The notes under the pieces are model-generated. The model was not told the DNA's origin. It saw only the letters and a list, made by a program, of their open reading frames with translations, and ran no database searches. From Burkholderiales bacterium (GTDB lineage Bacteria; Pseudomonadota; Gammaproteobacteria; Burkholderiales; Usitatibacteraceae), in NCBI GenBank assembly GCA_031431435.1, contig JANPDI010000119.1, positions 2,615 through 66,614 on the forward strand: a DNA stretch of 64,000 bases, given 5' to 3'. Position numbers and translations under genes: made by a program. This document shows positions 8,281-15,438 of the stretch, piece after piece (within the stretch, counting starts at the first letter, position 1; every line of letters begins with the position of its first letter).

Positions 8281-8414
8281 TGTCCTCAGTGTCCTCAGTC
8301 GCATTGCAATGTCCTCAGTTTGCAACTGAGGACAGCATTCCCCTTATGCGGCGCGGGTTTGCGTGCGTTTCGGGGGTTTGTCCTCAGTGTCCTCAGTGTC
8401 CTCAGTGTCCTCAG
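8281..8414 (-). repeat. Iteron array B: seven copies of TGTCCTCAG (the reverse complement of array A's unit) plus one forward copy
   Basis: Reverse copies lie at 8281, 8290, 8310, 8379, 8388, 8397 and 8406. The last four are perfectly tandem with a 9-bp period. A forward copy at 8326-8334 forms a palindrome with the copy at 8310-8318 (tgtcctcag-tttgcaa-ctgaggaca). Confidence 0.85.
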
Positions 8415-8600
8415 TCGAAACGAGCTGAAGCGGGGCGCATGTCCGCGACGTTGCCCTACTCTCAGAGGCGGGCGCTAGGCAGAGAAAAAATTGCGGGTCC
8501 TTCCTGAGGTGTTTGCATGCGGCGCTTCCGACCGCAGCAATGGCCTAGTGAGTTGTGTTTGATAGTTACGCAACTGTTGCGTGCAACACGTCGCATGCAT

Positions 8601-8610
8601 GGGGGGGGGG
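8601..8610. repeat. Homopolymeric G10 tract
   Basis: Ten consecutive G residues lie in a stretch of the island with no convincing ORF. Confidence 0.9.
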
Positions 8611-9055
8611 CGGGTAAAAAGTCTGGGGTTTGCCGTTTCTATACCGGTTGGCGGACACCGCGTGCATAAGCGGGAGTTACGGTAGGGGGGTACTGGTGAG
8701 CGGCAAGGGGAGGGGCGGTTAAATCCTTGCGGCGCTCAATAAAAAGACCGTAGTAGTGACCTAATTTTTAGCGCCGCAAGTTTCGTGGGTGGGGGGTGGT
8801 AAAACACGCTGCATGATGTTTGGGTCCTTCCTGGCGTTTTTATGTATACGCATCGGAAGACCCCGAGCCGCTTTCAGAAACACGATGCGTGGTTTGGGTT
8901 AACCGGTTCAACATGTTGCATGGTGATTGGATCGAGGCGGCGAGAGTGCGGCCACACGGTAGACGCAGAATCAAATTTGTGCTATTTTGAATATGATTAA
9001 AGCCGTTAAATATGCAAAATGCGGGAAAATGCAGCATTCGGGTGTTATTTCAACT

Positions 9056-9153
9056 AGCACCACGCAAAATGCATATTTTTTACGCTAAATCATTGTCTTT
9101 ATTGAGTATTTTTCTTGCACTGTTTTAGCGCCACGCGAAACGCATATTTTTTT
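9056..9153 (+). promoter_or_regulatory. AT-rich region with two direct repeats of about 26 bp upstream of the HTH gene (candidate operators/promoter)
   Basis: agcaccacgcaaaatgcatatttttt (9056-9081) matches agcgccacgcgaaacgcatatttttt (9127-9152) with 3 transitions. Related gcaaaatgc words occur at 9013-9035. Confidence 0.4.
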
Positions 9154-9226
9154 CGGCGCGATTACAGCATAAGCAGTATCAAATAAATCGAGGGTTCTAC
9201 GCCCTCACTTTTGGAAGGGGTACACC

Positions 9227-9484
9227 ATGAATGCAGAAGAATTAAAGGCGGCGCTCCGCGCCCTTGGGTGGAAACAGGCTGACCTAGCGCGGCGCGTAGA
9301 GGTTGCGCCCACGACCGTATCACGATGGATCGATGGTGACGGCGTGCCTGGGCCCGTGGCCGCATACCTTGGCATAGCTTTGCAGCTCCAGCGGCTTTAC
9401 GCTGAGTTTGTCGCGCCGCCGGCACGCGAACGAAAGCGGCGGGAGGCGCGGCCAAAAAAAGCAGCAGCAGGCGCGGCCAAATAA
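9227..9484 (+). CDS. XRE-family helix-turn-helix protein
   Basis: This is an 85-aa ORF. LKAALRALGWKQADLARRVEVAPTTVSRWIDG is a canonical HTH_3-type motif. A gaagggg Shine-Dalgarno lies upstream. The basic Lys/Ala tail is encoded by a tandem repeat. Confidence 0.75.
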   Translation: MNAEELKAALRALGWKQADLARRVEVAPTTVSRWIDGDGVPGPVAAYLGIALQLQRLYAEFVAPPARERKRREARPKKAAAGAAK

Positions 9485-9518
9485 AGCAGCAGCAGGCGCG
9501 GCCAAAACAAAGCAGCAT
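9444..9518 (+). repeat. Three tandem copies of a 25-bp unit (aggcgcggccaaaNaaagcagcagc)
   Basis: The copies are 9444-9468, 9469-9493 and 9494-9518. The stop codon of the HTH gene (TAA, 9482-9484) lies in copy 2, where copy 1 has AAA. Confidence 0.85.
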
Positions 9519-9527
9519 GGCCGCGCT

Positions 9528-9548
9528 GGGGGTAGCTTTGGGGGTAGG
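9528..9548 (+). repeat. Two GGGGGTAG motifs next to attR (candidate arm-type sites)
   Basis: gggggtagc lies at 9528-9536 and gggggtagg at 9540-9548. The GGGGGTA core is the same as in the cluster at 1478-1536. Confidence 0.45.
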
Positions 9549-9610
9549 TTCTCCAAGTGCCCGATTCAAACGGACAACGATTCAATCACTTACCTCGTTT
9601 ATTCGAGTGA

Positions 9611-9625
9611 GCCCCAGGCCACCAA
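9611..9625 (+). repeat. attR core (direct repeat copy 2; displaced tRNA-Phe 3' fragment)
   Basis: It is identical over 15 bp to 1360-1374 and is followed by a terminator that looks like the original tRNA terminator. Confidence 0.8.
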
Positions 9626-9630
9626 GAACA

Positions 9631-9660
9631 AAAATGCCCGCCTTGCGCGGGCATTTTTGT
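9631..9660 (+). terminator. Rho-independent terminator (probable native tRNA-Phe terminator displaced by the island)
   Basis: The stem is atgcccgc / gcgggcat with loop cttgc, flanked by an A-run and a T-run (aaaaatgcccgccttgcgcgggcattttt). Confidence 0.7.
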
Positions 9661-9790
9661 TTTCGCATCAGCATCTTGCATTGAATAAACAAAACCAATA
9701 AGGACGGGCATTTTCAAGCATTTGTCCTCCAAAAGGCGCGCCAGCGTTCGCTTTTCGATTTCACGCCGGCCTACCTCGCAAACGCTGCTT

Positions 9791-9799
9791 TGCTATAAT
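9791..9799 (+). promoter_or_regulatory. Candidate extended -10 promoter element (TGcTATAAT) upstream of icd
   Basis: tgctataat lies at 9791-9799, about 58 nt upstream of the icd start. I found no convincing -35. Confidence 0.35.
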
Positions 9800-9856
9800 T
9801 TGCGGCTGATGCACCGCCGCTCATCGCCCCCCATTCACCCCACCGCAGGAATGAAC

Positions 9857-11071
9857 ATGTCAAAAATTAAAGTCAAAAACCCGGTTGTCGAAATGGATGG
9901 CGATGAAATGACCCGCATCATCTGGCAGATGATCCGCGAAAAAATGATTCTGCCGTATCTGAATATTGACCTGAAGTATTTTGATTTGGGCATGGAACAT
10001 CGTGATGCAACCGACGATAAGGTCACGGTTGAGTCGGCGATGGCCACGTTGCAGCACGGCGTTGCGGTTAAATGCGCAACCATCACGCCCGACGAGGCGC
10101 GTGTCAAAGAATTTAATCTGAAACAGATGTGGAAGTCGCCGAACGGCACCATCCGCAATATTCTCGACGGCACGATATTCCGCGAACCGATCATTTGCAA
10201 AAACGTGCCACGGCTTGTTTCGCACTGGGACAAACCGGTCGTTGTGGCGCGCCACGGTTTTGGCGACCAGTACCGCGCAACTGATTTTCAGTTTCCGAGT
10301 GCGGGCAAATTGACCGTTAAATTTGTCCCTGACGACGGGTCTGCGCCGATTGAACGTGAAGTCTTCAAGGCGCCCGGTGCCGGTATATCGCTGTCGATGT
10401 ATAACCTTGACGAGTCGATCGCCGGATTTGCCCGCGCATGTTTCAACTATGGTCTCCAGCGCAATTACGCGGTTTATCTGTCGACCAAAAATACCATTCT
10501 CAAAGTGTACGACGGACGTTTCAAAAATCTCTTCCAGGAAATTTTTGATGCTGAATTTGCGGTCAAATATGACACCGCCGGAATCACCTACGAACATCGT
10601 TTGATCGACGACATGGTCGCGTCCAACCTGAAGTGGTCGGGCGGTTATTTATGGGCGTGCAAAAACTACGACGGTGACGTGCAGTCCGATACGGTTGCGC
10701 AAGGTTACGGCTCGTTGGGTCTGATGACGTCGGTCCTGATGTCGCCGGATGGAAAAACGGTCGAGTCCGAGGCCGCACACGGCACTGTTACCCGCCACTA
10801 CCGGATGCATCAGCAGGGCAAACCAACCTCGACCAATCCGATTGCGTCGATTTACGCCTGGACGCGTGGCTTGCAGGCGCGCGGTCGCATGGACGATACG
10901 CCAGACGTGGTGAATTTTGCGCTGACGCTCGAAAAGGCGTGTGTCGATGTCGTCGAGAGCGGCAGGATGACCAAAGACTTGGCGATCCTGATTAGTCCGG
11001 ATCACCCTTATCTGACAACCGAGCAGTACATGGATGCGGTCGACGCCGAACTGAAGGCGCGCATGGCGTAG
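9857..11071 (+). CDS. icd: NADP-dependent isocitrate dehydrogenase (IDH1-like, about 404 aa type)
   Basis: [57 protein letters not shown] is the hallmark N-terminus of this family. The ATG at 9857 lies 6 nt after an AGGA. The ORF-track start at 9722 adds an implausible leader. Confidence 0.92.
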   Translation: MSKIKVKNPVVEMDGDEMTRIIWQMIREKMILPYLNIDLKYFDLGMEHRDATDDKVTVESAMATLQHGVAVKCATITPDEARVKEFNLKQMWKSPNGTIRNILDGTIFREPIICKNVPRLVSHWDKPVVVARHGFGDQYRATDFQFPSAGKLTVKFVPDDGSAPIEREVFKAPGAGISLSMYNLDESIAGFARACFNYGLQRNYAVYLSTKNTILKVYDGRFKNLFQEIFDAEFAVKYDTAGITYEHRLIDDMVASNLKWSGGYLWACKNYDGDVQSDTVAQGYGSLGLMTSVLMSPDGKTVESEAAHGTVTRHYRMHQQGKPTSTNPIASIYAWTRGLQARGRMDDTPDVVNFALTLEKACVDVVESGRMTKDLAILISPDHPYLTTEQYMDAVDAELKARMA

Positions 11072-11081
11072 GCAGGCGCTT

Positions 11082-11133
11082 GCATCACCAAACACCGAGG
11101 GCTCTTGCGGGAGCCCTCGGTGTTTGGTGATGC
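11082..11133 (+). other. Perfect 23-bp-stem hairpin immediately downstream of icd
   Basis: gcatcaccaaacaccgagggctc (11082-11104), loop ttgcgg, then gagccctcggtgtttggtgatgc (11111-11133). No T-run follows. Confidence 0.8.
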
Positions 11134-11151
11134 TGCTTGCCGAAAAGACCA

Positions 11152-11165
11152 TGACATTTTTGTCA
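11152..11165. promoter_or_regulatory. Palindrome TGACA-N4-TGTCA upstream of the redoxin gene (candidate Crp/Fnr-type site)
   Basis: This is a perfect 5-N4-5 inverted repeat about 100 bp upstream of 11266. A Crp/Fnr-family regulator gene lies adjacent. Confidence 0.3.
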
Positions 11166-11265
11166 CGGGCTGAAACTTTTTGTACGTCGGACCGCTCAAA
11201 GCATCGGTTCAACAAATGATAAAATTTTCCCTAATTTCCGTCTCTCCACTCCGCTAGGATCCGCT

Positions 11266-11865
11266 ATGAAAATTGCCCTGCTTGCCGCATTGACGGCATC
11301 ACTGTTTTCCGCTGCCGCCGTTGCTTCAACAGTTGGCCAACCCGCGCCGGATTTCAGCTTGACCGACCTGTCAGGCAAAACGGTGAAATTGGCCGACTTC
11401 AAGGGTAAACATGTTGTACTCGAATGGCACAACCCGGCGTGTCCGTTTGTCGTCAAGCACTACGACTCGGGCAATATGCAAAGCCTGCAGAACAAATACG
11501 ACGTAAAAGACACGGTATGGCTGACCATTAATTCGACCAATCCGTCACACCAGGACTACATGCCTGACGGCAAACTGAAGGCCTATGTCGCCGACAAAAA
11601 GGCGACGCCGGACAGTTACTTGACGGATGCCGACGGCAAAATCGGTCGGGCCTATGCGGCAAAGACAACCCCGCATATGTATGTGATCAATCCGGCGGGC
11701 ATGTTGGTTTACGCAGGCGCCATCGACGACAAACGCGGCACCAACAAGGACGAAATCAAGACGGCAAAAAATTTCCTTGTGGCCGCACTGGATGAATCAA
11801 AAGCCGGTAAATCCGTCACGGCGGCGTCAACCACGCCATACGGTTGCAGCGTCAAGTACAAATAA
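11266..11865 (+). CDS. Secreted thioredoxin-fold (redoxin/AhpC-TSA family) protein
   Basis: It has a signal peptide (MKIALLAALTASLFSAAAVAS). The stretch GQPAPDFSLTDLSGKTVKLADFKGKHVVLEWHNPACPF is typical of redoxin-family proteins. Confidence 0.75.
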   Translation: MKIALLAALTASLFSAAAVASTVGQPAPDFSLTDLSGKTVKLADFKGKHVVLEWHNPACPFVVKHYDSGNMQSLQNKYDVKDTVWLTINSTNPSHQDYMPDGKLKAYVADKKATPDSYLTDADGKIGRAYAAKTTPHMYVINPAGMLVYAGAIDDKRGTNKDEIKTAKNFLVAALDESKAGKSVTAASTTPYGCSVKYK

Positions 11866-11903
11866 ACAACGCAAGCGGACTGGCGGCGGCGCCTTAGTCC
11901 GAC

Positions 11904-11940
11904 CCAACAAAAAACCCGCCAATGGCGGGTTTTTTGTTGG
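11904..11940. terminator. Bidirectional rho-independent terminator between convergent genes
   Basis: ccaacaaaaaacccgcc - aat - ggcgggttttttgttgg forms a 17-bp stem containing A/T runs on both sides. Confidence 0.8.
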
Positions 11941-11953
11941 CCACTGCCCGGCG

Positions 11954-12604
11954 TCAATTGATCCGCATATGTTCGTTAAGAATCGTGATCGACTTGCGGT
12001 GAACCGCGATAAAGCCGCCATCTTGCAGGTCCTGTAAGGTGCGGTTCACCATTTCGCGCGATGCACCGATCATGCTCGCCAGATCCTTTTGCGTAAATGG
12101 CTCGCCGACGACGCGGCGGCCATTCGACATAATGGCAAGTTCGAGCAAAATGCGCGCGACCCGGCTCGAAATATCATGCAGCGCGAGGTCACCAATCTTT
12201 CGATCGGCGGCACGCAACCGTCTGGCCAGCGTCACCAACACCTTGTGGGCAATATCGGGCGACGATGCGATCGCACGCTCAAATGCGCGGTAGGAAAGCA
12301 CCTGTAGATGGCAACGCTCGAGGGTGGCAACACTGGCGCTGCGGGTTTCGTGGTCAAACATTGGCAACTCACCAAAAAATTCGCCCGGCCCGAGCGTCTT
12401 CAGAATGACTTCGCGCGACTCGTCATCGGGGTCGACTGAAAACACCTTGACGTTTCCGGTGACGATCACATAAAGCGAATCGGCCGTTTCCCCTTCGCGC
12501 AGCACATATTCGCCCTTCTCAAACACGCGCAGCGACAAATGCGCGCCAATGCTGGCAAGCTGCATCTCGTTCATGTCGTGAAACAGCGGGACGGCGTTAA
12601 GCAT
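11954..12604 (-). CDS. Crp/Fnr-family transcriptional regulator
   Basis: It has a cNMP-binding-like N-terminal domain (VFEKGEYVLREGETADSLYVIVTGNVKVF..GPGEFFGE) and a C-terminal HTH (TQKDLASMIGASREMVNRTLQDL). I chose the start at M18 (12604). Confidence 0.85.
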   Translation of the reverse strand: MLNAVPLFHDMNEMQLASIGAHLSLRVFEKGEYVLREGETADSLYVIVTGNVKVFSVDPDDESREVILKTLGPGEFFGELPMFDHETRSASVATLERCHLQVLSYRAFERAIASSPDIAHKVLVTLARRLRAADRKIGDLALHDISSRVARILLELAIMSNGRRVVGEPFTQKDLASMIGASREMVNRTLQDLQDGGFIAVHRKSITILNEHMRIN

Positions 12605-12761
12605 TCTGGATTGTTTATTTGGATGATTGGCGGCCCCATACCTGGCAGCCTGCAACGTGTCGGATGATTATTAGCGCCAATATGACACAAATTGGAATTG
12701 CCCACCCGCCCTGATTGCGGGGCGGACATGGCGACCAAACCGGTATCGCGGCTTGGTGCGC

Positions 12762-13406
12762 CTATTCGGACACACCCAAATGCCGCATGGTGAGGCGCCG
12801 AACGATATGCAACCGCAAATGAAAAAAATGATCGGCATTCGGCACAACGCATACCGGGATTTCACGCGGGCGCGCCCACTTGAGTGAATCGGCCAATGGC
12901 ACCGTTTCATCGTTCTCGCCGTGGATGAGCAGGGTTGATACGGGCGGCTTGCCCCCGCCGGCGATGTTGGCCCAATGTGACATGCGCTCAAAAGCGGGTG
13001 CCACCAATACCATTTCATCTGCGGCTATTTGCGCTGAGGCGGCGAGGGTAACGGCGCCGCCAAACGAAAAACCCGCCAACCAGAGTGGTTTGCCGGGATG
13101 CGTTTGCTGCGCGTAGGCCAACACCGCCAGCAAATCATCGGTCTCTCCGCGCCCGTCGTCATGCGCGCCCTCGGTTTTTCCCACGCCGCGAAAGTTGAAA
13201 CGATAAGTTGCCGCGCCCGCATCGAACATCGCGCGCGCGAGCGTTGTGATGACCTTGTTATCCATGGTCCCGCCAAATACAGGATGCGGGTGGGCGATGA
13301 TGGCGACCGCCCGCGGCGGCGAATCGCCCGAAACATGTGCGGCGATCTCGATGGCGCCTGCGGGGCCGGCGATCAGGGATTTTTCATTCGGGAACCGGAT
13401 CGCCAT
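12762..13406 (-). CDS. Alpha/beta-fold hydrolase
   Basis: This is a 214-aa ORF. It contains AIIAHPHPVFGGTMDNKV and the nucleophile-elbow-like motif GFSFGG. Confidence 0.7.
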   Translation of the reverse strand: MAIRFPNEKSLIAGPAGAIEIAAHVSGDSPPRAVAIIAHPHPVFGGTMDNKVITTLARAMFDAGAATYRFNFRGVGKTEGAHDDGRGETDDLLAVLAYAQQTHPGKPLWLAGFSFGGAVTLAASAQIAADEMVLVAPAFERMSHWANIAGGGKPPVSTLLIHGENDETVPLADSLKWARPREIPVCVVPNADHFFHLRLHIVRRLTMRHLGVSE

Positions 13407-13714
13407 TAAATTTTCAGTCTTTCCACAATCCGCCCGTTTTGCAAATGTTCGCTGATGATTTCATCAATATCGCTGGCATCGACATAGGTGTACCAAACTT
13501 CCTCCGGATAGACGACCATTACCGGGCCTTCGGGGCACCGGTCGAGGCAACCGGCGGTGTTAATGCGAATTTGCCCCTCGCCATTCAGGCCGAGCTGTTT
13601 AATACGTTGCTTGGCATAACCGCGCATACCCTCGGCACCATTCTGGTTGCAGCATTGTTCACCCTCTTTTCGCTGGTTCGTGCAAAAAAAGACGTGGTGT
13701 TGGTAGTAACTCAT
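13406..13714 (-). CDS. Thioredoxin-like [2Fe-2S] ferredoxin domain protein
   Basis: HHVFFCTNQR..CC..............GCLDRCPEGPVMVVYPE gives the Cys pattern of this family. Confidence 0.8.
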   Translation of the reverse strand: MSYYQHHVFFCTNQRKEGEQCCNQNGAEGMRGYAKQRIKQLGLNGEGQIRINTAGCLDRCPEGPVMVVYPEEVWYTYVDASDIDEIISEHLQNGRIVERLKI

Positions 13715-14886
13715 TTTTTACCTTCCGGATCGGCGATAAGATCGCTGGTGGTGGCTTCGTCAACAACGTGAAACCGGTTTCTCATAAAAACGATGGTCAG
13801 GAATACAAATGCGGCGAGTGGCCATATTTCGTTCAACCATCTTGTCAAACTCGTAAAGTTGGTCAGCTGGCCGTAGGGCCAGTTAAAAATCCGCAGCGTT
13901 TCCTCAAGCGCAGAATACACGCTTGAAATTTTTGCCATGACGCCGCCCGCAAACACCAGTATCGTCGCCCAAAATGCACGCCAACGATAGCGTATGCGGC
14001 AAAGCGGTATAAACAAAATAATACCGGCACCAACACCAAACACCGTGGCAGGCGACAACGACGCGGCAATCAGCGGCGCCTTTAGCAGTAACGCCGCCAT
14101 CGCCAGCTTGACGAGTAATCCACCGGCCAGGATGACGCCCACTTTCGACATAAGCCGTTTTTCGCTGCGAAGCAATAACGAAACAAATAATGAAAAGGCC
14201 ATGACATTCAGTGCCACGCCGACCGTTTGCGGCAACAGGATCAACAGGTCGTAGGTGGGCTGGTCTGGCATGCCACGGGCACCATTGGCGCTGTTACCGG
14301 CAATCAGTCCTGCTTCAAAAAACGGAATCGCCGGGTTCAGCTGGGCAACAAACCAGACCGCCAGCAACAACAACCCCCAATCAATCGTCGATCCGTATGC
14401 AAATATGTGCGTGCGCCATTGGCCGAGTTGCGCGATCAGACGACGGCCCGTCGACAACGAAACAAATACCGCCCCCAATGCGCCGCCCAGCGTATTGGTC
14501 AGCAGGTCGACGGGGGACGATACCCGCCCAGGTAAAAAGGCCTGCATCAACTCAAGCGCCGCAGACAGCCCGAATCCGGCGGCGATGGCGCAACACAGCG
14601 CCAACGAGTGGACAAGCCCACTCCGCAAATGTTGGAAACGCCGGCGGATTGGTCCGACCAGCAGGGCGCCCAGCGGAATATAGGCAATGGTATTAATGGC
14701 CACGTCAAAAACTGTTAAATATTTCGGCCATAAAAACAGTGTGATTGTTTGCGGCGTTTGCCAACCCACAAACGGATTCAGGCTCGCGTAAATCAACACC
14801 AGCCCGTACACAATCAATGCAACGCGGCTCACATGCACGCGCTGTCGCGTCATATTGTTTTCTGTGAACACCGGGGCCTGCGACAT
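13711..14886 (-). CDS. VanZ-like polytopic membrane protein
   Basis: This is a 391-aa, highly hydrophobic ORF. The N-terminal region (ALIVYGLVLIYASLNPF..W) resembles the VanZ family. The family call is tentative. Confidence 0.55.
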   Translation of the reverse strand: MSQAPVFTENNMTRQRVHVSRVALIVYGLVLIYASLNPFVGWQTPQTITLFLWPKYLTVFDVAINTIAYIPLGALLVGPIRRRFQHLRSGLVHSLALCCAIAAGFGLSAALELMQAFLPGRVSSPVDLLTNTLGGALGAVFVSLSTGRRLIAQLGQWRTHIFAYGSTIDWGLLLLAVWFVAQLNPAIPFFEAGLIAGNSANGARGMPDQPTYDLLILLPQTVGVALNVMAFSLFVSLLLRSEKRLMSKVGVILAGGLLVKLAMAALLLKAPLIAASLSPATVFGVGAGIILFIPLCRIRYRWRAFWATILVFAGGVMAKISSVYSALEETLRIFNWPYGQLTNFTSLTRWLNEIWPLAAFVFLTIVFMRNRFHVVDEATTSDLIADPEGKK

Positions 14887-14916
14887 GAGGGATATTGCGC
14901 CGGTTCTGAAATGTGA

Positions 14917-15438
14917 CTAGGCGACGACAACCAATTCACGCTGATATCGTGACGCATTGTCGACGTAATGTTGCGCGATCCCGTGAATCATTGTGATTTC
15001 GTCATCACTTAACTGCCTGACGACCCTGCCCGGCGCGCCAAGTACCAACGATCCGTCCGGAATGACCTTACCCTCTGCAATCAACGATCCCGCACCGATC
15101 AGACAATTGCGTCCGATGACGGCATTGTTCAGTATCACCGCTTTGATGCCGATGAGTGAGCCCTCTTTCACAAGACAGCCATGCAGCATGACCATATGCC
15201 CGACCGAAACATTTTTCTCCAGTGTGAGCGCTACGCCCTCATCGGTATGCAGCACCGCGCCGTCCTGAATATTGACGTTTTCGCCGAGCGTGATCGTGTT
15301 ATTGTCGCCGCGGATGGTGACACCAAACCAGACGTTGGCATTTTTTTCCAGCACCACGTCACCAATGACGCTTGCATTTTCCGCCACGTAGTTGTTGCCG
15401 TGCAATTGCGGGGTCTTGTCGCCGAGCGAATAAAGCAT
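14917..15438 (-). CDS. Gamma-class carbonic anhydrase-like / hexapeptide-repeat (LbH) protein
   Basis: The ORF has YVAENASVIGDVVLEKNANVWFGVTIRGDNNTITLGENVNIQDGAVLH.. with left-handed beta-helix repeats and His ligands typical of YrdA/PaaY-like proteins. Confidence 0.85.
   Translation of the reverse strand: MLYSLGDKTPQLHGNNYVAENASVIGDVVLEKNANVWFGVTIRGDNNTITLGENVNIQDGAVLHTDEGVALTLEKNVSVGHMVMLHGCLVKEGSLIGIKAVILNNAVIGRNCLIGAGSLIAEGKVIPDGSLVLGAPGRVVRQLSDDEITMIHGIAQHYVDNASRYQRELVVVA

Larger units (their letters stand above)
1360..9625 (+). mobile_element. Integrative genomic island (P4/CP4-57-type integrase module) inserted in the tRNA-Phe 3' end
   Basis: The 15-bp direct repeat gccccaggccaccaa occurs at 1360-1374 (tRNA 3' end) and 9611-9625. 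A tyrosine integrase gene lies adjacent to the tRNA. AlpA, a primase-helicase and an HTH gene lie inside. The sequence looks richer in G+C than its flanks by eye (not computed). Confidence 0.85.

Noticed and set aside
8281-8414. A possible CRISPR array, suggested by the short perfect repeats.
   Set aside because: The repeats are only 9 bp and directly abut without spacers. The unit also occurs in inverted orientation 5.4 kb away. No cas genes are in the window.
8139-8507. ORFs of 122 aa and 89 aa on the plus strand (and a 74-aa reverse ORF) run across iteron array B and include CPQCPQCPQCPQ and VLSVLSVLSVLS peptides.
   Set aside because: The repetitive peptides are the direct translation of the tandem 9-mer (a multiple of 3). 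There is no Shine-Dalgarno, the composition is implausible, and the same DNA yields repeats in every frame. I treated it as non-coding repeat DNA.
9227-9484. The XRE-family gene as the antitoxin of a toxin-antitoxin pair.
   Set aside because: No plausible toxin ORF is adjacent on either side. The only neighbour is a 65-aa reverse ORF (8840-9037) with no Shine-Dalgarno and odd composition.
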